A program made the translations under genes and the position numbers. This document shows positions 1 to 12,455 of a stretch of DNA of 64,000 nucleotides, in pieces. The stretch is taken from assembly GCF_009914755.1 (NCBI RefSeq), contig NC_060925.1, one strand, 5' to 3'. Positions within the stretch are counted from its first letter, which is position 1. The number at the start of each line of letters is the position of its first letter. The notes below the pieces were generated by a model, which saw only the letters and a program-made list of their open reading frames with translations, did no database searches and was not told the DNA's origin. The DNA is from the human T2T-CHM13v2.0 reference genome, Homo sapiens.

Positions 1-849
1 TGACAAACTCTCCACATGTTAATAAATGTTATCACAGCTATTTTTAAGTCTCATTACCTGCCTCACATGTGTCAAACCTTAGAATTCCAAAGAGCCACAT
101 ACATCACCCAACTACCACAGTGAGTAGCATCCAGACAAGGTGAATTTTACAAGGTTACAAAGCTGCTCAGTTAACTTGTCCCAATCCAGTTTCCTCTCCA
201 CTATTTTAGCCTGAACTTCTTGGGAATTTCCTGGCTGCATCATTTGTGATGGCTTCATCTTAATGCATGCAAATCAGTTCCCTTTAGTTTTTCCCTAAAT
301 TTCCTAGTCCGGTTGACCAGATAAAAAAATGTGTAGAAGACTCTGCCTTCTATTCCTTCCTTCATCCCCCAGCTACCCACCTTTACACTCCCTCCTCATT
401 GCTCCAGAAAGGAGCAAATCCAGAGTTGGTCTCATTCCAGAATCTGAGAAAGACACCACCTACTTCAGAAGAGCAGAAACTCTTTACAACACCAGGATTG
501 GGAAGAGGTGGCTAAAGAAAAAGGAAAATCCTTACACAAAGAACTACCTGATACACATGAAAGCCTACACTGAGAACATCTCATCTAGGTCTTACCACCA
601 AAAAGGCATTTTTTTCCCTCTCATAGAAACCACAAAGGTCTGAATCTGACCCAGAGGACTATCCTTTTCTAATCATGGAAAGGAATCTTGACTTGAAACT
701 GTCCAAGAGCTCCAACCAATCCAGTAGCAAGAGAAAGGGTGGCCGGGGTGCCTACTGATGGGAGGAGCTCCTGAGCCCAGCCCTGGAGGCCTCAGAGTTC
801 AGGGGCCCACTTAGATGATACCAGAGAGCAAGAGAGAGGAACTGGGGTT

Positions 850-1069
850 TGCGAACCTTGTGGCTTTGTCTGTTTCCTGTTTCAGCAAGGCTGCTGTGCA
901 AAAAGAAAGACGGTACCAAGAAGGGACGTGTTAATGGGGCCCAGACCTATGGATTGAAAGCGTGTGCTTTACCCATCTGCTGTCTTGCTCCATCTGAGAC
1001 CAGAGCCAAGATCTGCCCAGGACTGGAATGCTTTCCCGAGTGGCTTGAGTTGGAGCCTGGGACTAGGAG
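850..1069 (+). other. TRAF3IP3: TRAF3IP3 5'UTR exon 1 (start approximate)
   Basis: Donor GAG|GTAACT at 1069/1070; ETS/IRF-like TTCCTGTTTC at 874-883; position fits remembered gene model. Confidence 0.6.
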
Positions 1070-3793
1070 GTAACTGAGAAGGAGGATGCTTTTGTGTCCA
1101 GGTTTGGGAACTCCAACTTCGGGGTAGGGCAGAAGATGCTCTACCATCCCAGCTCCCCTGGGTGGAGAGTGGGTGGCATAGTTTAAGGGTGTCAGGGGTT
1201 TGGGTAACCAAGAAAGTATCCTGTATTGGTTTCCTGTGGCGCTAGCCATGGCACAGGGTACAGCTTGCACCACTCCTCTGTTCCAGTAGATTAGATTACA
1301 TTAGATTAGGAGTGAGTCAAACGACTTAGAGTTCAGGCTACCCAGTGATATGGGCATGAATTAAATGACCTTTTACAGTTTTCTTCAAAGCAGGGATCCC
1401 TGAACACAAGACTGCCTTCCCAGCAGCTTAAGCGCAGGCCCCTCTCCCCTCAGTTCACACTGAGAGCTCTGGGCCAGGAAGGCCAACCCATGCAGGAAGC
1501 CATTCATTGTCTCCATTACAAACATGGCCAGGAAGTAAAAGCGAGACTCAGAAAGGCATGTCAAGCCACAGTCAGGTGAGGAGCCATGCCCTGTTCTCTC
1601 TCTGCAGCCTGAGAGACCAGGCTGAGCCTTCCCAGCCAGTAAACCTTCTTCCTCCAAGCTCTAAGTGAGCCCAGTCATGCTGCCAGGGGGGAACCTGAGA
1701 GATGCCAGAAAGCCTGGGCAGTGGCCAAGTGATCTTTCTTTGAACCCTACAGGGACCAGTTCCCTTTTCTTTAGCAGCCTACCCCTGTCAGCCGTCCCAC
1801 ATACCTTCTTGTTTTCAAGCAAGTCAGTAGGGTCCAGATATCCCAGAAACCTGGGTAGGGTTCTATGCAGCATGCTGCACCAAATCCTAGCAGGTGTGGT
1901 AGCCAAGGCATCTGGGAACACTCCCCTCTCTAAGGAGCCATTTCCACTGCAGCTCCTTTCTTGGGTAAGAAGGCTCCATGTCTGCCCCAAGGAAGCAGAG
2001 AGCAGAGCAGCTGTGTGTTTCAGTGGACTAAGGTTGGTGGCCTGGGTGGAGAGCCCAGAGAGACCTCATCTCAGGCACTGTCTTCTCCCCCACAGCCCTT
2101 TCCTCTTCGCGGCAAGAAGGTAGGAGGATTCTCAATGTTCTGCCTCCACTACAAAACCTGTGGGGAAGCTGAGCCAAACAGGGAGGGGACCTCACACCTT
2201 ATGTGTGACACAGGCAGACCCCATCTCTTCCTTACCTTTCGGCTTGGTGTAATTGGGATGGCAATTATGTCCAGACCACAGAGAAGCCTTTCTCCTTATA
2301 GCCCAAACCCAGAGGTCAGAAGTAAATGTGACTTCAGCCTGGGGCCAGCATCCCCTCAATCTGGTAAACAATATACTCTGTCAAAGAGAGAGAGGGTTGA
2401 GAGGATGAGAGAAGGCATTCTTGGTCCTAGAAGTGCTAGTTTAGCTTGGAGCCTTTGTCTTACAGCACCAAGTCTTCAATATCCAACATCGGCATAACAA
2501 GGATAATATTCGCAATTACTTTTGCACCAACCTAATAGGAATACTTTATGTCTTTATTATTAAAAGGTAACATTTATTGTGTGCTCCATGCCAGGTGCAT
2601 GGCCTGCATTTTGTCATTTAATCCTTATAACCTACAAGGCAGGTCCTAGCCCCATTTTATAAATGAGGAGACTGGGGCTTAGAGATGTTTAATAGCTTAT
2701 CTAAAAACACACACAGGTTGTAGGTGACAGAGCCAGGACATGAGTCCACGCAGTGTGACTCCAAGAGCCAGGGTTCTCCACTGCAATCCATGGCAGAATA
2801 GCCAGGGGCTGTGGCTCAGGGATGCTGTGAGTGTAGGTTCTAGACATGGAGTTCACATGCACATAATCCTGCGTCTCCTCCATTCAGTCATTTATAACAA
2901 TAGACATGGGTCTCTCAGACCCTTTCTTTTAAGTCTTTAAATAAAGAAAGTGGCAGGGAAGAAGTCAAGGGACCACCCCCTATGCCCACTCCCACCCTTA
3001 TCCGAGAAGAAGAAGTAAGGAAAAACAAAGAAGAGAGCCATTCAGAATGGGTATGTAGAGGACAAACATTAATAACCTCACATTTCTGCTTGGAATCAAT
3101 GCTGCCTGACACCAGAGTATGCCCCTCCAACCCTCAAGAGTCAGGCATTTGAGTGTCCAGGGCTTGACCACACAAAACTCCTCTCAGGGAAGAAGACTGC
3201 CCCACCCATGACCCTGGGGAATGAGTGGTAGGATCAGAGAGAAAACAAGAATCCTGCAGAGAATTCCAGACTGAGCCAGAGTAGCGAAGTCCCAGTAAAG
3301 GGGCAGAGAGTCTGCTACCTGTTGAGTCTGTTTGGCCTATAAATAAACCCCAAGGGGTTAGAGCTAGCAAATGCCTGCTAGTTGGTGAAGCTGAGATACC
3401 CTCCTCCCAGGGTGGTGGGTAATGAGGTCGTGGGAGGAAGAGAAGCAGCAGCAGCTGTGAGGGGGAGTCCCTCTTCCTTCATCAGTCCCTGGTCTGACTC
3501 CAGTGATCAGAGGAGGCAGGACACAGAATTTCCAACGCTCAGGATCCAGCTCATCCAAATCCAGCCCAACTCAGCAAAGTGACCAGAGGGTTCTAGGAGG
3601 ATAAACTACAGAAGGTAGGTGGGGAAGAGTAGGAAAGAGAAAGGCACAGAGAAGGAAAAGGGGATTCAGGTCTAGGTGCTATGTGAATATCAGGTAAGGC
3701 CATGCAGAGGGTCATCCTGTGGCCCCTACACCAAGCCTGGCTCCCTGGAAACTTCTGATTACTGTCTTTGTTTTGTTTCTTTTCTGTTTGCAG

Positions 3794-3894
3794 CAGCCTT
3801 ATTGAGGTACAATTCATGTGCTTGTGGGTTTGGATGGCACAATCTGTGTCTGGGCTAAGGAAAGCAGACTTGGCACCAACATTAACCCTGACAG
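3794..3894 (+). other. TRAF3IP3: TRAF3IP3 5'UTR exon 2 (NAGNAG acceptor, start 3794 or 3797)
   Basis: Long polypyrimidine tract then TTGCAG|CAG; donor CAG|GTTGGT at 3894/3895. Confidence 0.7.
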
Positions 3895-4799
3895 GTTGGT
3901 AATCCTAAAGAAATGGAACCCTCAGCCCCAACAGTATTGGAGCCAGATGCTCTGAAATGGGTTTTGGCCAGCACTAGGCATGTGGCAGATGCTCAGTCAA
4001 TATTGATTGGACTTGATCTGCACCTGAGAGACACAGCCCAGTCCTGAGCTTGGAGTGGGGGGCCCATGGACCATTGTCAGGACAGCAGGTTGGAGGAATT
4101 AGGGTAGGGTTTCCCTCCTAAACCATGCCAGGTCCAGGCTCACAAGCTCGTTGCTAAAAGTCAAGAAGAGAGCAGTGGGTGCTGGTCACAGGACTGGTCA
4201 CCACCTGAGGGGGTGTGGTTAGCCCTCCAGATCCTTGAGAAGTGTCACTCAACTATGTTAGTGACAGCTTGGACCAAGAGACCAGTAAAGATACTGACTT
4301 TCCTTTTCAACTGGGGGATAAGAGGGCAGATTGGCTCAACTTAGCTGCTTCTCTAGAAGTCTGGAAAATGAACACACACCTGCCATCCAAGAGGCTATAA
4401 GCTCATTATGATTTTAATCAATTATTTCTCATGTTCCCCTGACTCAGAGGCATGGTAAGATGTTCAGTCAAGGAGTAAGTGGCAGCCATAGAGACCCTTT
4501 TACTTTACAAAGGGGAAACATCGGCTAGAGAAAAGCAGGAATTCACTTTTATAAGACTGTATTAGTTCATTAGAGACTGAGCCCAAGAGTCCTGACTCCC
4601 ACTTTGATACCACCATGTCCTCAGTTTTCAACCCACATGGATGGAACTCTGTGCTATTTCTGCCCCCTGGTCTAGGGAGATAGTCATTTTTCTGCCCATC
4701 TTCTGACCCCTCCCCTTCTCCTCCCTCTTGGCATTTGGCAGATCCAGGCATCTATTCCAGGAACTGGAAGCCAAGCGCAACAGGTGCTTGGAGGTCATC

Positions 4800-5144
4800 A
4801 TGATCAGCCCAGACCCCAGGCCCTCCCCTGGCTTGGCCCGGTGGGCTGAGAGCTATGAGGCCAAGTGTGAGCGCAGGCAAGAGATCCGTGAAAGCCGCCG
4901 CTGCCGTCCCAATGTGACCACTTGCCGCCAGGTGGGGAAGACGCTGAGGATCCAACAGAGAGAGCAGCTCCAGAGAGCTCGACTGCAGCAGTTCTTCAGG
5001 AGGAGGAACCTGGAGCTAGAGGAGAAGGGCAAAGCGCAGCATCCCCAGGCCAGGGAGCAAGGGCCCTCCAGGCGGCCAGGACAGGTGACTGTCCTCAAGG
5101 AACCCTTGTCTTGTGCCAGAAGGATTTCTTCTCCCAGAGAGCAG
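4800..5144 (+). CDS. TRAF3IP3: TRAF3IP3 exon 3, first coding (exon starts 4742)
   Basis: ATG 4800, MISPDPRPSPGLARWAE...SSPREQ; acceptor GGCAG|A at 4742; donor CAG|GTGGGC. Confidence 0.95.
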
Positions 5145-5410
5145 GTGGGCCGTGTCAAGGGACATACTGCTGTGTGCTCTGGGACCCTCTCTGGACAAGG
5201 AGGGTGGGTGGGCTCAAGGTCACTAAAAAGTGACCTAAATCAAGTCCTTCTTCCTCAGTCATATAGTAAAGTTGCCAAGAGCTACTTATAGTAAAGTTGC
5301 CAACAGCTACTTATTCAGAGATTTTTGCTGTTGTGTTTTCGTTTGTTTAGCTCTTTTTGTTCTGCACTTGACTTATAAGAGAGAAAAAATAATTTTTAAA
5401 AACAATTTCA

Positions 5411-5722
5411 GGCTGGGCATGTTGGCTTATACCTGTAATCCCAGTACTTTGGGAGGCCAAGGCAGGAGGATCACTTGAGGCCAGGAGTTCGAGACCAGCC
5501 TTTTGATAGAGACAAGACCCTGTCTCTATCAAAAACTTTACAAACTAACCAGGCATGGTGGTGCACACCTGTAGTCCTAACTAATCAGGAGGCAAAGATG
5601 GGAGGATTACTTGAACCCAGGAGTTTGAAGCTGCAATAAGCTATGATCACACCATTGCACTCCAGCCTGGGCAAGAGAGGGAGACCCTATCTCTAAAAAA
5701 CTTAAAAATAAAATAAATAAAA
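5411..5722 (+). mobile_element. Alu (AluJ-like)
   Basis: GGCTGGGCATG...TGTAATCCCAG; dimeric; A-rich tail. Confidence 0.9.
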
Positions 5723-6819
5723 ATAATTCCAAAGCTAATGCCTATATCAGTTCAAATTTAGGCAATATACACATGTCTTCTACAGCTATCTTACAGCATT
5801 CATTCATCCATCAGTCATCAAATATTTACTGAAAGCTTATTATATGCCAAGCACACAGGCCAGTCTTCTTGACACACACACAGACATATCTGTCCTCTTT
5901 TCTTCTGCAAGGCTGTTGTGCCCACTCTTCTCACTTCCTCTTGTGTCATTCCAATTCTATTAAATCACTTGACTATAGCCTCATCTGGTCCAGGAAGCTT
6001 TCCCTGGCTTCTCCAGGCCACCTCTGCTGTCTATGGGCCTTGTGAGGTTAAAATCTTCTAAGATTGTGTAACCCTTAGAGGGCCCATTAGTCTGGCCTGG
6101 AAAGGAACAATGTTGGCAAAAACCAGGGTATGCTGAGATGACCTTGGCCAGCAAACCATCTTCCTACTGAAGTTGTGAGCATGTTGACAGCAGGGATGTG
6201 TCCACTATGTTCCATGGTAATGCTTGGCATTGTTCCCTACCCAGAGTGGGTACTCCATCAGGGCTTCTTAACTAGTGGATCTGTTATGCTCAATAGGAGA
6301 TGCTGTTCAGAGAAATGATCCTAGAGCCCAGTTGCAAAAGAAAAGGAACTGTATACTAAAGCAAAAAACCTTCCCACAACTCCCCACTTTACCTAGTCTT
6401 CACACAAAACCTCAATGATTTTCTAGCTGTTACTAAGAGAAAGGAGGCTTTCCTTTGAATATGGAAGGAACCTTATGGATTATCTATTCCAAACTCCTCA
6501 CTACACAGACAGAAGACTGAGACCTAGAAAAGATGGGATCTGAACCCAGATCCCCTCACTCCCCACTCAGACCAGTTCTCTTTCCACATCACCATGCTGG
6601 CTATGTAAGTGGCCATAACCAAACAAGGTAGAGAGAGAAAAAAAAACAACAACTAGAGATTCTAGAGAGAAAACCTGGAGAAAAGTACAGCTCCACATAT
6701 GCCTGGCCTGAGGAGGACCATTTCTGCCAGTCAGGACAAGGATATCAGGAGCAGGAGAAGCCTGTGTGGCTCTGAAAGCTTGAGTGGGCTACTTTGGTTT
6801 TGTGGATCTGAAACATTGT

Positions 6820-7182
6820 CTTCGTCCTGTAATGAATTACCACAGACTGGGTGGCTTAAATAACAGAAATTTATTTCTTACAATTCTGGAGTCTGGAGTT
6901 CTAAACCCATGGATTCTGCAGATCTGGTGTCTGATGAGAGCACTCTTCCCACTATGCAGATGGCCTTCTTCTCATTGTGTCCTCACAAGGCAGAGAGCAG
7001 AGAGAGAAAGCAAGCTCTCTCGTGTCTCTTCTAATAATGGCACTAATCCCATTCATGAGGGCTACCTGCTCTGACCTAATTATTTCTCAAAGTCTCCACC
7101 TCCTAATACTATCACATTGGGAGATAGGATTTCAACACACAGATTTGGGCGGGGGGACAATAAACACTCAGTCCATAACAAA
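6820..7182 (-). mobile_element. MaLR LTR (MST/MLT1-like)
   Basis: ACCACAGACTGGGTGGCTTAAATAACAGAAATTTATT...CAGTCCATAACA. Confidence 0.75.
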
Positions 7183-7274
7183 CATGATGGTTAGTTCTTC
7201 CTTCCGAAATCATCAGGAGAGTCTTTCAAGAGGCTCCAGGCAGTGGTTTTCAGCATTCCCCACTTGCCTTCCAG

Positions 7275-7422
7275 GTGACAGGCACCAGCTCTGAAGTCTT
7301 TCCAGCCCAGCATCCTCCTCCCTCAGGCATCTGCAGGGATCTGTCTGACCACCTCTCCTCACAGGCTGGGGGCCTTCCTCCACAGGACACTCCCATCAAG
7401 AAGCCACCCAAACACCACCGTG
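7275..7422 (+). CDS. TRAF3IP3: TRAF3IP3 exon 4
   Basis: VTGTSSEVFP...PPKHHR(G); CCAG| and G|GTAAGA. Confidence 0.95.
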
Positions 7423-7572
7423 GTAAGAGCAGAGCCTCCCTCACTCCACAGGGCCTGCAGAGAATCCTGAGACAACTGTCCCAGCTCACTGGCAATGGAG
7501 AGTCCCTGTCCCTCCCCACTTCCCTCACTTCCTCCCTGTAAGTTCTAAATCAACTTATCCTCCATCTCTCAG

Positions 7573-7630
7573 GTACTCAGACAAAGGCAGAAGGACCAAC
7601 AATTAAGAACGATGCCAGTCAGCAAACCAA
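7573..7630 (+). CDS. TRAF3IP3: TRAF3IP3 exon 5
   Basis: GTQTKAEGPTIKNDASQQT(N); TCAG| and A|GTGAGT. Confidence 0.93.
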
Positions 7631-7827
7631 GTGAGTTCCTGACCCTAACCCTCTCACATCCCATCCATTCCTCTCTAGAGAGAACACAATGAATTTCCAT
7701 GTCCGCCTTAATTAAGAAAGAGGAAGCCCTTCCCCACCCTACTGGCTCTTCAGAAGGAATCAACCCACTGCCTCCTGACTTGATTCTTTGGTCCATTATC
7801 ATTATTTTTAATTTCTTCTCTTTCCAG

Positions 7828-7852
7828 TTACGGAGTTGCAGTTCTGGATAAG
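7828..7852 (+). CDS. TRAF3IP3: TRAF3IP3 exon 6 (25-nt microexon)
   Basis: (N)YGVAVLDK; TTTCCAG| and AAG|GTAAGC; restores frame. Confidence 0.9.
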
Positions 7853-8122
7853 GTAAGCACATATTCACTTTGAAGGGGTCAAATCAGAAAGTATTAAGCT
7901 CTGACATTCTGGAATTCCATGATAAACTTGGCTGGGATGGAGGGGCATCTTCTTCCTGGATGGCAAGGGGGTACTGAGCATAGACATGGGGACTAAAGGG
8001 ACCCTGTCAGAGCCAAAGCAGAAGAGGTTTGCTCTACACAAGCCAGCCCAGGCTCTGGTTCTATATCCCAGGGTTTCAGGGGACTTACAGACATTTTGAA
8101 TACCCTTGTTCTTTCTCTCCAG

Positions 8123-8152
8123 GAAATCATCCAGCTTTCTGATTACCTCAAA
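8123..8152 (+). CDS. TRAF3IP3: TRAF3IP3 exon 7 (30 nt)
   Basis: EIIQLSDYLK; CTCCAG| and |GTAAGT. Confidence 0.92.
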
Positions 8153-8251
8153 GTAAGTGGCATGTGACCCCTCCCCTCAGTTCCTCCATCCACTTACCCC
8201 CGATCCTCCAGGTTAATCTTACCCTCTTGCACTTTGTGCCCGCACCCCCAG

Positions 8252-8347
8252 GAGGCCCTACAAAGGGAGCTGGTCCTAAAACAGAAAATGGTGATTCTCC
8301 AAGACCTACTGTCCACTCTGATTCAGGCCTCTGACAGCTCTTGGAAG
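8252..8347 (+). CDS. TRAF3IP3: TRAF3IP3 exon 8
   Basis: EALQRELVLKQKMV...SDSSWK; CCCAG| and AAG|GTAAGG. Confidence 0.93.
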
Positions 8348-9219
8348 GTAAGGGAATGAAATTCTTTTTGAACAAAGCTTGGGCTTCTATGTGTTCCCAT
8401 CTCATTTTTCTTTCCACATCATCACAGTAAGAGAAGGGGTTTTCTCACTACTGAAAAGTAAGCTGGGAAGAGGCAGGAGATGAGGGGGATGGTGCTCAGA
8501 CCTAGAAGTCAAACAGGTCACAATAAATATATGGGTCATCACCTGAGGGTCATGGTGCTACATATCCAAGGAAGACCCAGAAACAAAAGTGGCAAGAATT
8601 CCCATTTTTTAATTTGTTGGAAGGAATGAAGGAAGATCCCAATATAGTTTACATTACTAAATATGGTAAATGTCAAATATTTTCATATGGGATTCCCACT
8701 GATATTTATCGAAACCAGCATGCCATGTACCCACTCAGTCCGAATAAAAATATCAGAGTGGGAAGGGACCTTAGAGACAATCTGGCCTAATACTCTTATT
8801 TTGCCCATGAGGAAACTGAGCTTCATAGGGGTCAAGTAACTTGCGAAAAGTCACACAGCTAGGTAGTGGCAGATCTGCAACTAAAATTCAGGCCTTTGAT
8901 TTTAGTCCATTCAATGTACAATATTCATAGGTTATGTCCTCTATACAGAGCACTGGACTAGCACTAGAAATAATGAGATTATTTAGATAGGGTTCTTGCT
9001 TTGAGAAGGCTCACGGTTTTGTAAGAAAGACACATGACTAAACAATACAAAAACATGAAAAATAAAAGAAATGTTTTCAAGATATAGGAAAATACAAGAA
9101 GGAATGAGTGACTCCAGAGAAGAAAAGAGCCAGGGGAATACTTATATAAGCATTTGCCAGGAAAATATGGAAGAAGGAATAGTATTTTAGTTGGGGTACA
9201 GGCAAAGGTCTAAAGGCAA

Positions 9220-9521
9220 GGCCGGGGGTGGTGGCTCACACCTGTAATCCCAGCACTTTGGGAGCCCGAGGCGGGTGGATCACCTGAGGTCAGGAGTTCA
9301 AGACCAGCCTGGCCAACATGGCGAAACCCCGTCTCTACTAAAAATACAAAAATATTAGCTGGGTGTGGTTGCACATGCCTGTAATCCCAGCTACTCAGGA
9401 GGCTGAGGCAGGAGAATCGCTTGAACCAAGAAGGCAGAGGTTGCAGTAAGCTGAGATCACCTCATTGCACTCCAGCCTGGACAAAAGAGCGAGACTCCAT
9501 CTCAAAAAAAAAAAAAAAAAA
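9220..9521 (+). mobile_element. AluS (Sx-like), TSD TCTAAAGGCA
   Basis: Full-length dimer; TSD at 9209-9218 and 9522-9531. Confidence 0.95.
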
Positions 9522-9651
9522 TCTAAAGGCATGACACAGTCTAGTAAAATGGTTCTCCAATTTTTTTATTTCAGGATTCCTTTATACTTTTTAAATTATT
9601 GAAAATATATAAGAAATGTTTATATTTACCATACTAGAAATTAAAACAGTT

Positions 9652-9930
9652 GGCCAGGTGCCGTGCATCATGTCTGTAAATCCCAGCACTTTGGAAGGCT
9701 GATGCAGGAAGATCACCTGAGGTCAGGAATTAGAGACCAGCCCGGCCAACATGGCAAAACCCTGTCTCTACTAAAAATACAAAAATTAGCCAGGCGTGGT
9801 GGTGCACACCTGTAATCTCAGCTACTCCGGAGGCTGGGCCACGAGAATCGCTTGAGCCCAGGAAGTGGAGGTTGCAGTGAGCGATGATAGTGCCACTACA
9901 CTCCAGCCTAGATGACAGAGCAGGACTCTG
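9652..9930 (+). mobile_element. AluS with tail converted to GA/GGAA repeat
   Basis: Dimeric Alu sequence. Confidence 0.9.
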
Positions 9931-9936
9931 AGAGAC

Positions 9937-9984
<48 letters not shown>

Positions 9985-10056
9985 GAGAGGAAGGAAGGAA
10001 GGAAGGAAGGAAGGAAGGAAGGAAGGAAGGAAGGAAGGAAGGAAGGAAGGAAGGAA
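9930..10056 (+). repeat. (GA)n then (GGAA)17 microsatellite in an Alu tail
   Basis: GGAA uninterrupted 9989-10056. Confidence 0.95.
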
Positions 10057-10152
10057 GAAATTAAGATAGAAATTGAGAAAGAATTATTAATTTTAAAATA
10101 ATGAGAGTAAAATTTTTCATGCTAACCTGAATTACATGTTTTAAGAAAAACA

Positions 10153-10456
10153 GTCTGGGTGCGGTGGTTCACACCTGTAATCCCAGACTTTGGGAGGCCA
10201 AGGCAGGTGGATCACTTGAGCTCAGGAGTTCAAGACCAGCCTGGGCAACATGGCAAAACCTCGTCTCTACTAAAAATACAAAAAATTAGCCAGGTACATT
10301 GGCATGCACCTGTAGTCTTAGGAACTCAGGAGGCTAAGGCAGGAGAATCTCTTACGTCCCAGGGGTGGAGGTTGCAGTGAGCCAAGACTGCACCACTGCA
10401 TTCCAGCCTGGGCGATGGGAGTGAAACTCTGTCTCAAAAAAGAAAAAGAAAAAGAA
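10153..10456 (+). mobile_element. Alu (J/S)
   Basis: Dimeric Alu with A tail. Confidence 0.9.
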
Positions 10457-11349
10457 CCATATTTTCAAAAACAAAATTAGTGACAGGAGTATCATTGCTT
10501 TACACTTTTGCAAATATTTTTAATGTCTGGCTGAAAAAAAAGACAGCTAGCTTCTCAATTTGCTTCTGTATTCAATCTATTGGTTTAAACATAAAGAAAA
10601 ATTCAGTTTCACACAAATATGTCATTAGAAAAAGTAAGACTTTGCTGATCCCTTAAAAGGGTCTTGGGGATTCCCAAGTTTCCTCAGAATCCCCATGTTG
10701 AAACCTGTAAATTAGTATGTACTATAAATTCATGTATTAATATGAGCTACAAGCAGCTTGACACCACCAAAGCATACCGCACCGGGTGGAAAGAGATGGA
10801 GCACACAACCTCACCGGCCTGTGTGACATCTCACCCTACCTTGAAGATGGCTTGAGCAGAGAAAGAAAGATGATGGGAGAGTATGGAACAAAACTGAGAA
10901 GTTGCAGTGATGTAAAAAAGATTTCCTAAGCTCAGCCCTGCTCCTCACGTCAGACATTGTACCTGGATTTCTCAATCTGTGGTCAGAGCTCCTGATTGTT
11001 AGGTCATTTTCATTGACAGAGCAGGAACTTGGGGCAGACAGCTGTGCACGTGAGGTGGTTTCTGGTCCTGAACTAAATTGAGATCATCTCACTCATTTGT
11101 TTGACAGTCATTTGATAAGTTCCAACTCTGTGCTGGGCCTTGTGCTACAGGGGCAAAGAGCATTACAGTCCTAACTCTTGAGGAGCTCACAGTCCAGCCA
11201 TGAAGACAGAGACATGTAATAAATAACACCAAAACAGTATAATAAGGCTATAGCAGCAGTGCATAAAGCATGATGCAGGAAAAAGAGAAAGAAGGCAGCA
11301 ATTATTCCACCTGAGGTGGAACAGGGAAGGCTTTAAAGGAAGGAAACCT

Positions 11350-11661
<312 letters not shown>

Positions 11662-12181
11662 TTAGCTGAATCTTGAAGGATGAGTAGGAGCTAACCAGTA
11701 GAGAAGCAAGAGTGATGATGAGGGAAAAAAGCAGAAAGTAGAAGAGTGTTTAAGGTAAAGGAATTGGAATGATTACAGGCCTATGTATGGCAAAGAATTG
11801 GGTATAGCAGAGTATGGCTGAAATGAAGGTATGCCAGAGTAGTACCAAAGAAAGGATCTCAGACAGGTCTTTAGAATTATGGGTCTTAAACTTTTTCTGT
11901 TGAACAAGGTATCTCAAACTTGAATAATGCATGGACCCATTTTTAAAGGAAACCCATATATGTATATATATAAAATCAGAGATCCTTTAGAATGCATGCT
12001 ACCCAGCTTGAGAAACACTGCTATAGGTAATAAGCTGAGTAAGAATGGAACTATGCTTTATTGAGGTATAAAGTCCTACACTTAGCAATGTCTGGCTCAT
12101 CCTTAGAAGGTATGCAATTACTATCTGAGGAAATGACTTGTGAATGATCAGATCTGTGTCTTAAAAAGTTCTGTAATTTCC

Positions 12182-12455
12182 AACTGGATGCAGTGTCTCA
12201 CACCTGTAATCCCAACACTTTGGGGGGCCAAGGCAGAAGGATCACTTGAGTGATCAAGACCAGCCTGGGCAACATAGTGAGACCTCATCTCTATTAAAAA
12301 TAAAAAAATTAGCCATGCATGGTGGTACACACCTATAGTCACAGCTACTTGGGAGGCTGAGGCAGGAGGATCGCTTGAGCCCAGGAGGTCCAGGCTGCAC
12401 CACTGTACTCCTGCATGGGGTAACAGAGCAAGACCCTGTCTTGAAAAAAAAAAAA
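12182..12455 (+). mobile_element. AluJ-like with internal deletions
   Basis: Alu sequence with A tail. Confidence 0.85.

Larger units (their letters stand above)
9545..10708. mobile_element. hAT-Charlie DNA transposon relic (MER119-like) interrupted by two Alus
   Basis: Ends resemble Charlie TIRs (ATGGTTCTCCAA ... TTGAAACCTG); family assignment from memory. Confidence 0.45.

Noticed and set aside
1661-2497. 152-aa and 178-aa ORFs in TRAF3IP3 intron 1
   Set aside because: Non-ATG starts, no recognisable domains; compatible with chance
5262-5311. 25-bp tandem duplication (similar small ones at ~40606-40651 and ~46961-46992)
   Set aside because: Ordinary slippage duplications with no evident function
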